Of a stretch of DNA of 35,989 nt, positions 33,464-35,989 are shown piece after piece; the first letter of the stretch is position 1, and the number at the start of each line of letters is the position of its first letter. Made by a program: the position numbers and the translations under genes. A model generated the notes under the pieces. That model saw nothing but the letters and a program-made list of their open reading frames with translations. It ran no database searches and was not told where the DNA came from. Source of the DNA: a virus (Duplodnaviria; Caudoviricetes); IMG/VR virus record IMGVR_UViG_3300010398_000022, positions 1 through 35,989 of that record; one strand, given 5' to 3'.

Positions 33464-35479
33464 TTAAATCTCATCTAGTTTCTTCAATATCTTTGGCATT
33501 AGCTGCTCCATTAGTGTAAGGCGTTGCTTGTCTTCTTTCTGTTCTTGTTCTAATCTGCGTTTTATTACTGAAGGCACAAATTCTAATTGTTCAGCTATTT
33601 CTATTGGTATTGAGTCTTGTAATTGCAAAGATGCAGCTTTAGGTGATACTTTCAGGGTGTCTTTTAGGTTCTTGGTTACATCACCTTCAAATCCTGTTGC
33701 TGGTCCACCAGTGTTAGGTGTTGGGTTGTTATCCATCATTGCTGCTCTAACATCTACTATCTTTTGTCTTAATCCAAATTGTGCTTCCTGGAATGCTTGC
33801 TTGTCTAGCTGTCTTTGTTGATAGTCTGGTATGTCCTCATCTAGACCAACACCCTTCAACACACGTTCACCTCCAATTGGGCCAGCTCCATTGTTGAATA
33901 AAATCATGTAAGCTTTGACTTTATCCAAAAAGACATCAAGATTAACTGGGTCAAATACAACCTTAATTTTCCATCTTAATCTGCTTACCTTTATTTCTCC
34001 TGTTATTGGGTCTATAGCACCATCAAATAGCCCAAAGGCTTCTGGCTGTTGTTGTGGTTCTTGTCCTGGTTGATTAGGTTGTTGTTGTTGAGGTGGCAAT
34101 GTATGCTGTATCTCTGTCTTTCTGGCTGGGGTTTTACTTGTTGGGTCATTGGCGAATGTATCAGTGACATTTACTCTGGGTGTTGGTGGTGGTGGAATTT
34201 CAGGTTGAATAGTAAGCTGTTCTTCTGGTGGCACAAAGCCCTCTCCGGGTTCATCTATTATGCCTTTTTGGTCATTGTCTATCAATGTCTTTAAAATGGG
34301 GTCTATCCATTGTTCTTGAATTATGTCAGCTAGCCAGTTTTGGTATGGTTGCAACACGAAAACATTCCAGGCTTCCATCAGTTCTTGGCTGGTGGCTCTG
34401 TTCATAACATCAGGATTGTATAGCAGTTCAGGCATCTGCAATTGTCTAATTATTTCTAGGTTGTTTTGTGAACGTTCAGATGTCATTTCCTGCAAGCTTA
34501 CATTAATAACTACTGGATCTATGTTCACCTGTTGATTAGTGACTATAGCATTACCTGCTCCATTAGCTACATCATCCTGTAGTTTGTTCATTATCGTTTG
34601 GTTTACATTGTTGGGCATCTTGATTAGCAGCATTGGACTCCATAATCGAAAGTTGGTTTCTGGTAGGTTACGCTGGTTTATCACTCGGTTCGTTTCTGAC
34701 AGCGAAATTATTTTTTCAAATAGAGAATAGCCATAATGATATGTCCCTGGGGACATGTGATAATTTCTTAGAGCAACATAAAAGATATCTTCAGACTTTA
34801 AGATTGACTGTGGGAATTTGTAGTCAAGATATTCAAGACCTATTAACTGCCAACTGCGTTTATCGACGAATCTTCGGCCTAAAGACATAGCTGGCAATAT
34901 TTTTAGAGCCATAGGCAGGCTAGTCTTTGGGTCTCTTTCAATAATTGCAGCATCTGATCCAAAGACTGCAGCCTGAATGAACAGTGCTTTGAAGTTGGTA
35001 GTAGCTTTAACGTCTTTGTTTATTATATCAATTTCACGTTTGAAGCTCTTCAGCTTTGGGTTGTTCTTCAGGGCATCTAAAGTGGCTTTGCGTTCATCAG
35101 AGCTATCAAATTCATCATTTACGTCTATGACTGTTCTAAAATGATCTCCTAATATTGATTGAGCTAACACTTCTATGGCCATACTGGTTATGCCATCTTC
35201 TCTCCAGCTTTCATGATATCTTATCAGTTCTTCAAAGCTGTAAGTTGGCTTGAATGCTGCTGATACATTTGGACCTAAAATGCGTTTAATGTCTTTATCA
35301 TCAACAGCAGGCAGGTCTTTGCCATTGCCACTGCCTGTGTCTATTAATTGTGAGAAAAATGCTGATCTGTCAGCTACAAGACCAGCATTACGCATAGAAA
35401 TAATTGAATAAGTAATATCTGGTATGGGTTTTCTTTCAGTTTCTAGGCGTTTAACAAAAGCCTCTTCTTTAACTGTCAC
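33464..35479 (-). CDS. Portal protein
   Basis: 671 aa, GTG start. DGITSMAIEVLAQSILG, LFIQAAVFG, LKILP, EDIFYV..YGYSLFE, IIRQLQMPELL and NRATS..VLQPYQ follow the portal motif order. Confidence 0.85.
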   Translation of the reverse strand: MTVKEEAFVKRLETERKPIPDITYSIISMRNAGLVADRSAFFSQLIDTGSGNGKDLPAVDDKDIKRILGPNVSAAFKPTYSFEELIRYHESWREDGITSMAIEVLAQSILGDHFRTVIDVNDEFDSSDERKATLDALKNNPKLKSFKREIDIINKDVKATTNFKALFIQAAVFGSDAAIIERDPKTSLPMALKILPAMSLGRRFVDKRSWQLIGLEYLDYKFPQSILKSEDIFYVALRNYHMSPGTYHYGYSLFEKIISLSETNRVINQRNLPETNFRLWSPMLLIKMPNNVNQTIMNKLQDDVANGAGNAIVTNQQVNIDPVVINVSLQEMTSERSQNNLEIIRQLQMPELLYNPDVMNRATSQELMEAWNVFVLQPYQNWLADIIQEQWIDPILKTLIDNDQKGIIDEPGEGFVPPEEQLTIQPEIPPPPTPRVNVTDTFANDPTSKTPARKTEIQHTLPPQQQQPNQPGQEPQQQPEAFGLFDGAIDPITGEIKVSRLRWKIKVVFDPVNLDVFLDKVKAYMILFNNGAGPIGGERVLKGVGLDEDIPDYQQRQLDKQAFQEAQFGLRQKIVDVRAAMMDNNPTPNTGGPATGFEGDVTKNLKDTLKVSPKAASLQLQDSIPIEIAEQLEFVPSVIKRRLEQEQKEDKQRLTLMEQLMPKILKKLDEI

Positions 35480-35484
35480 AGAAA

Positions 35485-35501
35485 TTAGTTAGTCTAACTA
35501 A
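35485..35501. promoter_or_regulatory. 17-bp palindrome TTAGTTAG-T-CTAACTAA upstream of portal
   Basis: Perfect 8-bp arms with a 1-nt spacer, 6 nt from the portal start codon. Confidence 0.4.
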
Positions 35502-35565
35502 AAGATACAAACTAAACTAAGAAAAGGAAATAATTGTTTCTTCGCTGCTAGATTGCAGGAAATTA

Positions 35566-35841
35566 TTATTTCTTGGTGCTGCTATCACGATCTTGGTTTT
35601 GGTTGCTGTCTTCACCTTGCTCTGCTAATTCTCGTTGTTTCTTTAGCAACCATGGCACTGAGGCAGAAGCTGGTGCTGTGCCACTGCCTGATGTTGTTTC
35701 ATGCTGTGCTATTTCAGCTATAGCATTGTTCACTATTTCATTTGGGTGAATACCAGTTTTGGAAGTGTTTATTAATTCACGCTTTATGTCTCGCTTTATG
35801 TGCATACCAGCAGTTCTTCTGATTATTGTTGGTGCTACCAC
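35566..35841 (-). CDS. Hypothetical protein
   Basis: 91-aa ORF, GTG start. Confidence 0.5.
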   Translation of the reverse strand: MVAPTIIRRTAGMHIKRDIKRELINTSKTGIHPNEIVNNAIAEIAQHETTSGSGTAPASASVPWLLKKQRELAEQGEDSNQNQDRDSSTKK

Positions 35842-35846
35842 ATAAA

Positions 35847-35987
35847 TTAGTGGTAGGCCACTTCCAATAACCTTATCTCATACTCATATCGTTCAATCAT
35901 GGCTTTGTCATTTTGTTGTTTTGCTCTTGATAGCTTGATAAGATTGTCAGTGATTAGCTTGTCTATTTCTTTATTGTTGAGAGTCAT
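35847..35987 (-). CDS. Small helical hypothetical protein (46 aa; may extend beyond window)
   Basis: MTLNNKEIDKLITDNLIKLSRAKQQNDKAMIERYEYEIRLLEVAYH by manual translation. Confidence 0.45.
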   Translation of the reverse strand: MTLNNKEIDKLITDNLIKLSRAKQQNDKAMIERYEYEIRLLEVAYH

Positions 35988-35989
35988 GG

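Noticed and set aside
799-34890. Numerous + strand ORFs in the track overlapping long minus-strand genes (e.g. 1118-1402, 10436-10867, 13532-14002, 23030-23617, 27890-28489), plus short minus-strand ORFs nested in or antisense to longer genes
   Set aside because: They are antisense or alternative-frame shadows of real genes, produced by biased Thr/Ala/Asn codon usage, and have no motifs of their own.
1-35989. tRNA, rRNA, integrase, terminase, tail sheath or amoC-type auxiliary genes
   Set aside because: No cloverleaf, Walker A/terminase, recombinase, sheath or AMO motifs were recognised in this window.

Overview
This window is the virion morphogenesis region of a tailed dsDNA virus or provirus (Caudoviricetes). 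It looks siphovirus-like: there is a tail tube and a 1292-aa tape measure but no sheath. Genes are mostly on the minus strand. From right to left: portal; an ~11 kb block of fibre/decoration-like paralogues; protease-scaffold; decoration protein; HK97-like major capsid protein; three membrane proteins; two neck genes on the opposite strand; tail tube; tail assembly chaperone with a -1 frameshift; HK97-gp10-like protein; tape measure; tail-tip and adhesin genes. No terminase, integrase, replication or endolysin gene is visible. An archaeal host, probably soil ammonia-oxidising Nitrososphaeraceae, is inferred rather than proven. The basis is frequent TTG/GTG starts without evident Shine-Dalgarno sites, Zn-ribbon microproteins, and two domains that I recall as typical of Nitrososphaera secreted proteins. 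Reading beyond the ORF track revealed: a 613+ aa esterase/discoidin adhesin gene, a 29-aa 9-Cys metallothionein-like peptide, several other microORFs, a gene with a CTG/ATA start, a conserved TAGTTCTCA promoter-like element (one copy marks a hidden internal scaffold gene), repeated putative maturation-cleavage motifs, and a candidate three-way-junction RNA beside the portal gene. All functional calls come from motif recognition and gene context, without database searches.
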